Shown: positions 12,361 through 42,621 of the stretch, in pieces
How the letters are laid out: every line of letters starts with the position of its first letter
Numbering within the stretch: position 1 is the first letter of the stretch
Source of the DNA: Botryllus schlosseri
Taxonomy: Eukaryota
Reading direction: 5' to 3'
Length of the DNA: 64,000 nucleotides
Assembly: GCA_051294905.1 (NCBI GenBank)
Contig: CM119379.1
Span: forward strand, 18,290,001-18,354,000
Program-made: the position numbers and the translations under genes
Notes under the pieces: generated by a model
Databases searched by the model: none
Told to the model about the DNA's origin: nothing
What the model saw: only the letters and a program-made list of their open reading frames with translations

Positions 12361-12910
12361 CGTCGTAAAACCACGATGAAATAGTTTTTCGAATATATAA
12401 AAGCAGAAGAAACGCCGTTGCTTTTTTGTTTTAACTGTTTATTGAATAATTCATAAAATACTGTATTACTGTCGACCTATACTAAACACGAACATGACGT
12501 GAATTTTTACTTTTTTTCTCCGCGATATCACGTACACTCATTTGTGGAGTCTTTTTCCGAGGGGAAGGAACACAAATTAACCTCTGATGCTTCGGCTACA
12601 GGCGAGAATCGATGTAGATCCGCCTGCGTAGATCACGTAACGGCTGAAAATTTAGATGCCATAAGTACTATCTGGCGGTTGTAAAATGAAGCACTCCTTC
12701 AAGTTTCGATTACATATTGTATTGATCATACCGTTTGCGCCATTTATTGATAAAACTCGTGTGTTTCAGTTCGTTTGCACTCCAAATCTGTCGCGAAATT
12801 GTTTTTCCGGGTATAATATTTGATTTTAGCACAAGTGAATCATTGCGACAATAATGACTCGGCGATATCGGAAATATGACGTAAGCATTTTCTGGCAGAA
12901 TCACAGTGGT
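12361..12910 (-). repeat. Right outer (unique) inverted arm
   Basis: Reverse complement of 3510-4301. It lacks left-arm segments ~3860-3893 and 3951-4138. Confidence 0.9.
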
Positions 12911-14221
12911 TCATTCTCCGTTACGATCATGCGACGTGCGTGGTTCCCGTTCGCCTATGTTGCGATTCGAGATTAGTTTTGATTTGACTAATATTGTCAA
13001 CTGATGAGGTAAATTGCTCCAAAGAATTGAGTTGTATATTATATTATGTACTTAAACCAGGATTATTTCGCTCAAGTGAATACCAGGCCTGTTTTTTGTT
13101 GCTTCAATTTGTTAATTTTCCTGCCGTTGGTGTGTTGTGGTTATCTGTATATACCGTTGGAGGTTCGAGTTTGATTGATTCGTTACTCCAACTCATTCAT
13201 GGTATCGCGACCTTGTGGTGCGTGGAAACTGATGAAAATATTGATTATGAAATGAATATAAATGAAAAAATGGTCATATGCCTTAGGCTATTGATAGAAT
13301 AACTTGAATCAAAATTTAAATTTTATCTTGTTTTATTTGAGCAAAAAGCTACATATAATTTAGAAATATTATGTCAATGGCATAATGGAAGAAACTTTCA
13401 ATTTTTTAATCACCAATATTTTGATACAATGAAAAGACAGCAAGAACACGTAAATGAGCAGCATGCTCATTGCTCAACAGTGTTGTGGCTTGTGGTCAAG
13501 TCACTATTGTCGAGTCACAAAAACTTTAAAATTGGCTGGAGTCGAGTCAAGTGAGTCACTTTTAGGTCTACTCTACGCTGACCGCGACTCTCAGGCCAAT
13601 TCTGCCTATTTGTGACATTTTGTATATAAGCATTAAACTCCAGCGTGCATATATATCAAGTTTCATGGAGAACACAGTTGATGATCATGGGGAATGCTGT
13701 TTAAGTGTTTATTAGCTGTCATTGGGAGTATTGGTATTGGTAATCAATACGCGTCAAGTCAATAGTGTATCAATACTCAATAGTGCATCAAATGTACAGC
13801 AGTGCTGCAATGGTCTTACATACTGTAACTCTGTAACAATGTCGATTATCGGCTTTAAGATTGATTACGATATATTATGATTTACATTAAGGCCCGGTTT
13901 TATAAAATTTTATGCTCGGGTCACCAGATTTGAAAGATCACATATTATTATCAGAGACGGAGAGATTTATTTTGTCAACCGATAACGCGAAAAAATAGAA
14001 GACGTATCGGTGTATAAATATGCAGTATCCAACGTTGGTATTGACTGGTGTACCAGTGATACGATCATGACGATCTTCATGTCAACTGGAACCAGAGTGT
14101 ACGGTTAGCCTATTCAAAGAAAATAATTTCATAAACTAAAAATGATTCAACGATATATAATCAATTGTTTTATTTTTTAAAATGGTGTAGATATATTATA
14201 GTCGAATATCCTAGTGCGAGA

Positions 14222-14509
14222 ATGTTGTTCTACTCTTTTTTTAAATCCCTTGTGGGAAAAGATGTGGTCGTGGAATTGAAGAACGACCTCAGTATATGTG
14301 GAACATTGCATTCTGTCGACCAATATCTTAACATAAAATTAACCGATATAAGCGTTACCGATCCGGAGAAATATCCTCACATGTTATCAGTCAAGAACTG
14401 CTTTATCCGGGGATCTGTCGTTCGATACGTCCAGCTTCCCGCTGATGAAGTCGACACATCACTTTTGCAAGACGCCGCGAGAAAAGAAGCGACTCAAAGC
14501 AAGCAGTAA
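14222..14509 (+). CDS. LSM2: U6 snRNA-associated Sm-like protein LSm2 (95 aa, intronless)
   Basis: MLFYSFFKSLVGKDVVVELKNDLSICGTLHSVDQYLNIKLTDISVTDPEKYPHMLSVKNCFIRGSVVRYVQLPADEVDT is the near-invariant LSm2 sequence. True ATG is at 14222. Confidence 0.97.
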   Translation: MLFYSFFKSLVGKDVVVELKNDLSICGTLHSVDQYLNIKLTDISVTDPEKYPHMLSVKNCFIRGSVVRYVQLPADEVDTSLLQDAARKEATQSKQ

Positions 14510-14882
14510 TCAAATTGAAGATGGCTCAAATTACTTGTGGGATCGTTGATCACTGTTGACTATGAAGTAGAGCTACCTATTTATGAGTGTGGTGGAATTT
14601 TCGCAAACATATTAAAAATTATGGTATCAATCATATTCATCTGCACAGGTTATTGTGGCAATAAGCGTGCTTGAATAATGCCATTTGCTTCAGATTGTAT
14701 TCAATTTTGACTGACCCCATACCCGCCATAGCACACTGTCGAGGAAATCGCTGTTAGCTGTTTCTGGACGTTAAATTTCCATGTGACTACCATTTATGCT
14801 CGCCACTCTGACTTAAATTTCTAAAATTGGGTGTTGTCTTTTGAATTTGAAGGTTCTACTTGACATCTGTCGGATTCTGAAT

Positions 14883-14888
14883 AATAAA
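14883..14888 (+). terminator. Candidate polyadenylation signal for LSM2 (AATAAA)
   Basis: aataaa lies ~370 bp after the LSM2 stop and ~160 bp before the next ATG. Confidence 0.35.
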
Positions 14889-15044
14889 ACATTATCACCG
14901 ATTTCTTGATATTAGAATGATTCAAACTATTCTTTGAATGAATTATTGTATCTTTTACCAAGACGATGTAACAGCAGTACAATTTCTTATTTACAAATTG
15001 CGCCATTTCTCTTTTTAATAGGACTTGAGAAACTGTGAAGTGTG

Positions 15045-16895
15045 ATGCGTTGCGTGATCCTCGTTGCGGGCCACGGGGCTAGGCTGGAGGAAGACATAAA
15101 ACATGATACATCTGGGAAGTACAGCTCGTTGATCGGAATTCCGAAAGCTCTTCTGCCGGGTGTTGATGGAAGGAAAATAATGGATTATTGGTGGAAAATC
15201 ACGAATGTACGTCAAATCTTCAGTGACGTGTACCTTGTCACTAATGCCGCGAAGTACAAGCACTTTGAACGATGGGCTACTGCGAATGATTTTCCTGTAG
15301 CAAATATCATCAACGACGGGTCGACAACAAAAGATACAATGCTTGGTGCGGTGGGAGATTTTGATCTGGCTCTGCGGAATAAAAACGTTGACGATGATGT
15401 TGTTGTCGTTGCTGGCGACATGCTGTTTGAAGATCAAAATTTCGATATCTCGCAAGTTGTGCGATATTTTCGGCACAAAGCCGGGGATTTAGCGATCTAT
15501 TATGAGATGGATAGCAGCGAGCCGTCTACTTCTCGTGGCATTGTGGAGGTCGATTTTGCCACAAACAAAATCACAAAATTCTACGAGAAACCAAATCCAG
15601 GAGTCACAGAATCGAGACTTGCTAGCGTAGTGTTCTATTGCTTCCGTCAAAGTACGTTAAAGACCGTCCGTACGTATTTAGAGAGCCCACAATGCGGGCG
15701 TGCACCAAATTTTGGAAAATACATGGAGTGGCTTATAAATATCAAAAAAATTGATGTGTACGGTATGAAGTTGCCAACAAGATTCCAGCTCATTGGCGAA
15801 GTCACGTTGGCAGATTACCAAATGAGGTTGGATTACTTCGGTAAAATGAAAGAACTGAGTGCCAGGCAAAAACTGATAACCAACCGCGCCTACGCTAGAG
15901 TCGGACTCATGGGTAATCCTAGCGATGGATTTTACGGAAAAACCATTTCCCTCTCGATTTCAAACTTCTGGGCCGACGTGACGATAATGGAAAGCGAGAA
16001 ATTGGTGTTGACGCCGCATCCGCTTAACGACCCGACCACGTTTGGAAGCCTGCACGATCTCCATGGAATAAGCCGTAAAGAAGGATACCTCGGCGGGCTG
16101 CGCCTCTTGCAAGCTACTTGCAAGAAGTTCTATGAATTTTGCAACGAAAGAGGAATAGCCCTATACAAGAAAAATTTCACTTTGAGCTACGACACGAATA
16201 TACCCCGTCAAGTCGGTCTCGCTGGTAGTAGCGCGATTGTGTCGGCTACACTGAAATGCCTGGTGCAGTTTTTCAACCTGAACGAGTCCGACTTGCCAAA
16301 GCCGCTCCGTGCCACTTTTATTCTGAACGTCGAAACTGACGAGTTATTCATCAATGCCGGATTGCAGGATCGCGTGATACAAGTATATGAGGGCCTGATG
16401 TACATGGATTTCCGAAGAGAGTTACTCGAGGATAAGGGTTACGGGGAATATGAACGCCTCAGCGCCGAAGATCTGCCGCAAATATGGCTCGCATATCTCG
16501 CCGATCCGAGTGATTCCGGAAGGATTCACAGCACTGTCCGGCAACGGTTTGATGCCGGAGACGAAGACGTTCGAAAAGCTATGGTGAGATTCGCAAAATA
16601 TACGGATGACGCGAAAGAGGCGATCGTTGAGAGAAACTGGACGCAGCTAGCGTCGCTCATGAACGATAACTTTAATTTGCGCAAGGAAATCTACACCGAA
16701 GAGTGTATCGGCGAAATGAACATGGAAATGGTTAAGATAGCAAGGCGATATGGATCGAGCGCAAAATTTTCCGGTAGCGGTGGCGCTGTGATCGGGATTT
16801 GTTTTGACCGAGAAAAATTGGCAGCGTTGAAACTTGATATGCAGTCGCAGGACTTTGTTATATGTGATATAGTGCCGAATCTTCCGTCTGAGTAG
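15045..16895 (+). CDS. gkup: Bifunctional glucuronokinase / putative UDP-sugar pyrophosphorylase (nucleotidyltransferase-GHMP kinase fusion), 616 aa, intronless
   Basis: N-terminal ILVAGHGARL...PKALLP...VVVAGDML are sugar-nucleotidyltransferase motifs. C-terminal AYARVGLMGNPSDGFYGKTIS, PRQVGLAGSSA and KFSGSGG match glucuronokinase-type GHMP kinases. Confidence 0.88.
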   Translation: MRCVILVAGHGARLEEDIKHDTSGKYSSLIGIPKALLPGVDGRKIMDYWWKITNVRQIFSDVYLVTNAAKYKHFERWATANDFPVANIINDGSTTKDTMLGAVGDFDLALRNKNVDDDVVVVAGDMLFEDQNFDISQVVRYFRHKAGDLAIYYEMDSSEPSTSRGIVEVDFATNKITKFYEKPNPGVTESRLASVVFYCFRQSTLKTVRTYLESPQCGRAPNFGKYMEWLINIKKIDVYGMKLPTRFQLIGEVTLADYQMRLDYFGKMKELSARQKLITNRAYARVGLMGNPSDGFYGKTISLSISNFWADVTIMESEKLVLTPHPLNDPTTFGSLHDLHGISRKEGYLGGLRLLQATCKKFYEFCNERGIALYKKNFTLSYDTNIPRQVGLAGSSAIVSATLKCLVQFFNLNESDLPKPLRATFILNVETDELFINAGLQDRVIQVYEGLMYMDFRRELLEDKGYGEYERLSAEDLPQIWLAYLADPSDSGRIHSTVRQRFDAGDEDVRKAMVRFAKYTDDAKEAIVERNWTQLASLMNDNFNLRKEIYTEECIGEMNMEMVKIARRYGSSAKFSGSGGAVIGICFDREKLAALKLDMQSQDFVICDIVPNLPSE

Positions 16896-17535
16896 ACCGT
16901 ATTAATGTTCCTTGTTGGTGGGTATATTATGAGCTTAATGCAAATTTTGTTACTCTTTATTCGAGCAATTGTTCATGTCTTCAATTATTTTTATTGTGTC
17001 TGCACCAGCCATCGTAGTCATCAATTGAATTATCTTGTTGCAACTGTCACCTATCTCATATTTTTGCTGTTTCATAATGCATGCTCGTTTGTAGTTCTTT
17101 GTATCTATTCTGTATGTCTGTTCATTTTTATAGATCTTGCACCCGCTATTTTAAGTTCTTGGAAATTGTGCGATCCATGTATTGTATTACTCTAGTTTCC
17201 AATTTTGATATTTCATGCACATGCAATTGTGCATGCCCATTGCCCATTGCTCACTCGTGTCTGTAGATTTAATCTTTTTCCACCTGTACGAAACTTCTTT
17301 GCAGATAGTCAGTTTTATCCTATTTTTTTTTCATCTTCAAGTATCCGTAGTACAATCAATCTTTTGCAATTGTGTATCAATTACAATTTTGCAATGCTTC
17401 ATTGCAAAACATGTCATGGTAATTCATTTTTATCTCAAACCCATAATTCTAGTTGTTATTGCACTCAATTTCTGCCTGATATTCTGACACGCTGTATTTC
17501 TAGTTCTTGTTTTAATTATGGTGATGATGCATTGA

Positions 17536-35644
<18,109 letters not shown>

Positions 35645-37951
35645 CTGCAGCTTTAGTGATTCCTCAAAAGATTTCAAACTATATATGTCGTTCAAGCCGA
35701 TTTACTTCTGGAAGCTTCCTAGACTGATCGATCGCGGTCCAAGGGTAGTTTAAGGCATCGGTTGGGTCGCAAGTCAAGTTTGGTTACGACTAGCGAATTA
35801 CGATCATAATTGACTCAATAGGCTTATATCTGATGATCCCATCTAGTTTGTGATGTAGCTAAAGAACATGACGTCACTCTGTCGCGGAAATATTTTTGAT
35901 CACGATTGAATTTTCAATCTGCATACTTTGCGATATCCGAATGACAGTCACAGGTGTTAACTTGGTATGCTGCAGATCTCTCTCCCTCATTTTAGAGCTT
36001 GCTTTGAAAATTGCAATGCATCGTCAAGGTTATATTTTTAAACAAGGATAATTATTTATTGACGCGTTTCACCTAATTTACACAATTTTTCAACTGAATT
36101 AGAGCTTGGATGACATACATGTGGCGTACGCGACGCGGGGTTTGGATTTTATACGACTTACAATCCATTTCTGTATGGCTAATGAGCCAACTATTGTAGC
36201 CTACTGTTAGAACATATATTTTTGTACATCTATGTTAGAGTCAGTCTCGGGTTTCAGACGCTTCGGTTGTAGAACGTAATGAGCTGTTGCCAATTATGCT
36301 CATATACTGCTGGTTGAACTTGAGCAAGAATTGTCAATCATCCGAGACTGGTACTTTTGGATTTCCGCCTGTAACGAAGCAGTTTCCGTGAATTCAATCG
36401 ATATCCACACTGTGCCTTTTCGTACGCTTTTAACGTATCGCAAATGAATAGCGGTTTGTCGGTTTCGAATAATACTTGCCGAAAATGTATTGTCAGTGCA
36501 ATAAATTTCGCCCACAACTCAATTCTGTTTGTCGTCCTTATTGACATTTATTCCAGATGGATTGGATTAGCGCGTTTCACACTCAGCTCGAGTGGCTTCC
36601 AATTACAATCCATCAACAGGTGTCGATTTTGTGTTTGCTTCACCCGCTATCCAACTCAAATGCATCACACCGCCGATTTTGTACTTATAACTGTATTCGC
36701 GTTGGAGTACCATTGGAAGAGGTTAGAAGTGTGATTTCAGAATAGTGGGTAGTTAGTTTCGAAAAGCGGTTGTTGAAAGCCTCTCATTTTGCAGGGAGCA
36801 AAGTGTTCTCGAAAGCGAGAGTATGCTAGGCGAGGGTTACCTCAAAACCAGGGTTAGATCCGAGCAGTATAAACATCGTTACGGGAGATGTTTATTCTTT
36901 ATTCCCTGGCACAAGTGCTCTCCAAATACGCCCTATGCCCGGGTTGAAGAGGTCTCATAACTTCGGCTTCTGTTCTTCCGTGGGTTGAAGTATGCTACTC
37001 TTTCTATTTGTGTGAATCAGACTTTGGCGACTAAGGCGTAAGTCTTACTGGCCCTCTTTGTGTTCAGTTCAATATCTCGCGCTACGGATTTATCGGATTC
37101 GACTGAGACAGCGAGAAATCTAATGTATAAAATTCGCGTTTGGTATTTGTATTCGTGATATTAATGTTGATCTTTGTGGTAGGCCATCAGCGACGTGGAT
37201 GTACAAATAATAACACCGATGAGTCCATATAACCCCGAATCATTTCAAATGTTCGAATCCATGTCCATTGTCCACACCCCCAAATTCCAAAATCGCACGG
37301 AATCCAGGAAACATGAATGTGCAGATGATGTCTCTGAGAAATCATATATATTCCCTCTGAACCTATGCTTCCGATTTTGAGTTGGAGTAATATCATTGCT
37401 AACTGGCGGCAACACAATAACACACGCAGCGAAACTTCGTTAGGCCTGAAGTTGTCATACTTTTTTACAGCGGGTGTTCATTAAGGCTGTTCAAAATTAA
37501 CCATTTTTTTTTATTCCAGTCATTCACTTATTAAATTGTCAGGTTACCCTAAAAAAACGCTGCACACCAAATTTGGCTTACTGCCAACAAGCATAAGCCG
37601 CCGCAGATCCAATTTAAATTTTTAATTTATTAGGTGAAATTAAAAAAAAAAAAATCTTTCAACCCCACGAAATGGTTGAGTAGTCTTCAAAGACGATGCA
37701 AACCAAATTTGAATCAATTCCAACTAGTAGAAGCGGAGTTAATTGAGTTTTCGTTGATATTCTCGGATTATCCACCAATCAAGGATAATCCGAAAATTAT
37801 CAACGAAAAACTCAAATAAAAGTCAAATAGCAAAGCGATAACCCACACCTCCTCTCCTCTTACCCCAAAACAAGTCAGATACCACACCTCAAACACCTAG
37901 GTCTGCAAACGTGATCCAAGGCGTTACAGCGAACACACAGTTTAACTAACT

Positions 37952-38362
37952 TAGGCTTACCATATTTTGGAAATCTAAAAAGAGGACACTTTTTCAGAAA
38001 GCTGAGACTTGCAAAACCGGAGAAGAATTTTCAAAAATCGGTGAATTTTTTCCACTTTGTGATCGGTTGACTAAAAAAAAAAGAACTTTCCGCTCAGAGC
38101 TCAAAATATTGCTAGGCGGATGACTAATAAACAAAAATCAACTTTTTGCTAAGAGCTCAAATCGCCGTTTTTCACTCCGAAATACCTTCCGGAGCGTCAC
38201 TTCTGTGCATATCACTCGCATTTTGCTCTAAATGTCACCTAAATTTTCAAAAAGAAGGACAAAATCTCAAAAAAGAGGACAAAAGGGCGTCCTCCGAGGA
38301 CACTTTCAAAAAAGTCAAAAAAGAGGACAAATCCTCTTTAAAGAGGACGTATGGTAACCCTA
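37952..38362. mobile_element. hAT-type MITE (TAGGGTTACC family)
   Basis: TIR taggcttaccata...tatggtaacccta; exact 8-bp TSD aactaact. Confidence 0.85.
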
Positions 38363-38489
38363 AACTAACTAAGCTATCTTAACGAAACTTGACCTGGAAG
38401 ACCAGACACAACCTATTTCCGTTTGTGCGGCCAAAAACCGAGTAATAATTCCACTTCTGATTTAGTTCGTGCCCTGTCGTGCTTGGCTG

Positions 38490-39215
38490 GGGTTGTTGAA
38501 CGTATGGCTTGCAAGCCAGCTGCTGAGTCATAGATAACATTGAGATGCATCTTTGTTACCAATGCAAATCAAAGAGAATGGAACCACGCCTGTAACGGTT
38601 TTATAGTAGGGTTACCATATTTTGGAAATCTGAAAAGAGAATACTTTTCAAAATTTTCAGACTTTCAATACCGGAATGAAATCCTTAAAAAATGGTAAAT
38701 TTTTGCACTTAGTGGTCGGTTGTCTAAAAAAAGGGTCAACTTTCTGGCTCAGCTCACAAAATACAGTTTTTCTTTCACATTATCACTTGGTTGACTAAAA
38801 AAAGGTCAACTTTCCGGCTCAGCTCCCGAAATATAAGCCCGACCGTTACTCGTTACTTCAGTGCTGATTACCTGTATCTCAGACAAATTTTGCCCTATAT
38901 TTAACCAAAATTCCGAAAAAGAGGACAAAATCTCAAAAAAGAGGACATTTGGACGTCCTCCGAGGACGCTTTCGAAAAACTCAAAAAAAGAGGACAAATC
39001 CTCTTATGTGAGGACGTATGTTGACCCTATTTTATGGCATGTTTTTAAATCCCTCCTTTATATTATGCGCAATAGTTGATAAAATTCGCATTAAAAAGTT
39101 GCATGAAAAGCAAAAAAAAAGATTGAACAGCTTAAACACCTTATACTAAACATAAATTCGAGTATTTAGGAGGTTGCCGGAAGCTATAAAACAAGTTGCA
39201 AAACTTGCAAAACTT
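38490..39215. repeat. Dispersed repeat interrupted by a MITE; an inverted, uninterrupted relative lies at ~58715-59010
   Basis: tttgttaccaatgcaaatcaaagagaatggaacc | ttatggcatgtttttaaat...gttgcaaaacttgcaaaac matches the reverse complement of 58715-59010. Confidence 0.6.
38607..39029. mobile_element. hAT-type MITE (TAGGGTTACC family) with an internal duplication
   Basis: TIR tagggttaccata...tatgttgacccta; internal sequence similar to 37952-38362; flanks tttatag/tttatgg. Confidence 0.8.
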
Positions 39216-40686
39216 TGTCGATACTCGAGTCGACTGTAAGGTGAATGAAATCTTTCATAAATTTTCGAAGTCAGGGTCATTCGACGTAAAAACTAGCCTA
39301 CCTACTTTTCTCATATAATAGCCCTATTTCATTAATTGAGCCTTGCGACTGTATTGGTATTTGTGTTGACTCTTTTAGGCTGCTCGTCATCAATGTGTTT
39401 CCAAGTTTATATGTTGTTACTATTACTATTACTATTCTTTTTGTTTTGATTATGTAGAGACAGTGCGCTTGTTTGATGCTGGGTGATCAGACCAGTTGAC
39501 CTCTAAGGCCATATCGACAAAATGATCACTCTAAGTTCGGTAGGTGATTGGTCGCTGTAAATCCTGGAATGTGTGCGGTTAAATTAAAGATGACCATAGA
39601 TTTAGATTTGGATGAATGCGGATTGGAGTGGAAATTTTTGTTCGATCGATTTAGATCTGTGATTTCGACATAGGATTTACAACTGACTTTGTCTGCTATT
39701 ACTAGTACTCGCGGGACTTTAGACGTCAATTATGATTTTTGAAGTGATGAGAAACAAATTTAACCTTTTTTCATTTATTTGAGGCTCAAGTTCGGAAGAG
39801 CTTTGGGATTTGAAAACGTTAAATCCGATCATCGACGTCTATGGCGCGGGTAACTGTATCGTCAGTGACCTAACAAATAACACTGATCGATCACTAACAA
39901 CAACGCAACGTAACTCAGTAGCACCACCGAGTCACGTAATAGGGCTCGATAATTATGATTCAGGCCTTTTCCTAATAAATGTTCACAAAGGTAATGATAG
40001 AAACGAATCGATTTTTTGGCAAACACAATGACATTGATTACGTGATTTAACCTCTGAATACCAAAAATTCGTCGGTCCTTTGTAGCTCGCTGATGCACCC
40101 ACTCCCACACCTTTGTCACTGGCGTATTTATAATATCAATAATACTTCATTGTCCGTCGGCACGACTCCAATACACGATACCGCTGGGTTTGACACTTGC
40201 CAATTATATCAATGCTTGGAGGTCGCAGGTTCGGTCCCTATACATTTTCTAAGTAGGCTTAACTAGCCTATACGCTGTGCTCGTTGCAATCGTTTGATAT
40301 TCTGGCGACACGCTTGGCAGAGATATAGTTACGTAGTTTTGTACCTTACTGCCACTTAATTTCTAAATATATTTTGCCCGTCACACATTTCCATCGGAAA
40401 CGGGAAGGAGTAATGCGAAATTGAGAACATCACAGATTGACCGATACATTATATTTATGTAACGTTATCATTTTTGAAGAAGTGCCGCCGAATTTGGTTG
40501 TCATTTGAGTGCCCACTGGATGAGATCTCTTCTTGTCTACGCCTATTGTGTTTTAGTTGTGAAATCATAACTATTAGTCATTGACTTTCCGCAAAGTACA
40601 AATAGTACTGTGGATGGAGGTGATGGGTACACAAAACAGTTGCTAACAGTGCAGCGCCCCCTCCTCATTCACAGTAGCCTACATGG

Positions 40687-40992
40687 TAGGGTTAACATAC
40701 GCCCTCCTTTTTTCGGGTTTTTGAAAATGTCCTCCGAGGACGCCAAAATGTTCTAGTTTTTGACAATTCGTCCTCCTTTACAGCTATTAGAGCTAAAATT
40801 CGAGCGAAGATGGGCATAAATTACGCTAAACAGGAATTCGTGGTTCGAACGTAAGTGACGTCTTTTTTTTAGTCAACCAACCACCAAGTCGGGAAAAATT
40901 TACCATTTTATCCGAATTTTACTCCACAATTCTAAGTCTGAAAATTTTGAAAAAGTTTCCTCCTTTCCCGATTTCAAAATACACTAACCCGA
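40687..40992. mobile_element. hAT-type MITE (TAGGGTTACC family), opposite orientation
   Basis: Ends tagggttaacata...actaacccga; 8-bp TSD ctacatgg/ctacatag (7/8). Confidence 0.75.
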
Positions 40993-42621
40993 CTACATAG
41001 CCTATATGTGACTGGCCAGTGGCCAGTGTCTCTTGAGTCGCTCCGTATTAAACACAATATTATCATATGTTCTGCAGAACAGTTCATTCATGCATTCAGT
41101 GATAATGACACTGCTTAACCAGTGACACATCACACATGTCAACTTGCTTTAAAATTGAAGCGAAGAGACCGTAGGCTACGTCAAAGATCCATCGGTTTGT
41201 ACGATTTACACTGGAAATTGAAACAATCGGGTCAGTCACTGAGTTCATTGTATATAATTTAAAATATCAAGATTTCAAGTTGAGGTTGAACAAATATTTC
41301 TCAAAACAGAGTAAGGCATACTTAGCTACAAATGGAATTGCTCTCTTGAACACTCATAGCTTTATCTTTCCTTCTCTTGAAACAACGCAGTCACCTTTTT
41401 TCTCGCCGTCGAAAGCCTTTGCCTGGTTTGTTGATATCTGTATTTACGTTCGTCGTCACGCCAGTCAGCTGGGCGAATAAAACTCCCGGTCGAGAGATAC
41501 CGGAACGCCAGTCTCTACATGCTTTTGTTAGGAGCAGGAACGATTCGACGGTGAATTGCGTTATTGGACTAGGATATCGGTAAGTAAAATTACGATGCAA
41601 CTGTTGCAAATTGATTCAAGACTACCACTAGACCTGGGATTCGACGCTGTGACGGACTAAAATAGACTGGTATATTTCGCCAGTCGATCTCGTACGTTAG
41701 TGGTGTATTGGGAGAGATGTCAGATTCTATATTGGCGGTAGTTGACAGGCGCTCTAGAATACTAGCTATTAAGCAGTCTGTGAAATGTACCAAGTTATAT
41801 ATGCAACTTACTTGTATTCTGCACAAACCGCGAACCTTACGTAAATCTGAATGGTGCGAAATATTTCCGGCATTGTGAGGGGTCGAAGTTCAGCTCTTCC
41901 GTCGCTCAATATTCGTAAATTTTCGCGGTCACATCACCGTTCAGAGCATAGTAACGACCCTTGACTATAACATAAAGAATGTATTTATTTTATACGCAGC
42001 GTTGAATCCCTCGTGCTAGCTAATGTATTTAGCAAGTTCACTGGGACAAACTGGGTCTGCTCGAACAGGGTACTTGGGAACATAGTATGTCAAGACCGGC
42101 GTAGCGCGGTGGCTTCCAATGACGGTCGCGAGACAATCAAAGCTGTAAATCAAAGTAATGATCTGTCAATCAAATTTGCGAACTTCAAAGGCGATCGCTA
42201 TTTGAGTAAAACGCCCATTGTGTTGCTTTATGACGCTGGATTAATCTAAACATTCTATTTTGTAACAATGCAATGACTCTGAACTGTTTGGGTTCGAATT
42301 AGTACTTTGGTGTTCGGTGAAGTTGCCGGTCTATCATTTCCGAAAGTGAATGCATGACTGAATTTCAGGGATTGCATTACCTTTGAACATTACTATGGAT
42401 ATCATTTTCCCTCAAAAGGTATCAAGTCCCGGTTTATCGAGAGTAAACTCTTCGGTGCCTTACAAAAGTCATATGTCCGTGTGTTATTACCACAGATTCT
42501 GGGGGAAGATTTGCTGTTATCAAAGCTTCGCTCGCCGTTATCCGATATGTCATCGTCGAGACTGACACTACAGTTGCAGGAGCGATTCAAACAAAACTGC
42601 AACGCGTTTTACTCAAGGCCT

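Larger units (their letters stand above)
3510..12910. mobile_element. 9.4-kb foldback-type DNA transposon (Zisupton/MULE-like architecture), non-autonomous and decayed
   Basis: The terminal 36 bp are perfectly inverted (accactgtgattctgccagaaaatgcttacgtcata). The 8-bp TSD tcattctc is exact at 3502-3509 and 12911-12918. The inverted arms consist of unique sequence plus 194-bp tandem arrays, and the core is a decayed protease-encoding ORF. Confidence 0.9.

Noticed and set aside
3402-12904. Matching ORFs at 3402-3710 (+) and 12710-12904 (-)
   Set aside because: They reflect the inverted arms. The left ORF crosses the element boundary and has no recognisable motif.
15015-16405. Several minus-strand ORFs within gkup
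   Set aside because: Antisense shadows of a long coding region, with no motifs.
36740-37190. GC-richer stretch that might be a retroelement fragment
   Set aside because: No RT, endonuclease or integrase motif recognisable in any frame.
39526-40140. Cluster of 67-85-aa ORFs on both strands
   Set aside because: No consistent splice pattern or domain motif, and frequent stops.
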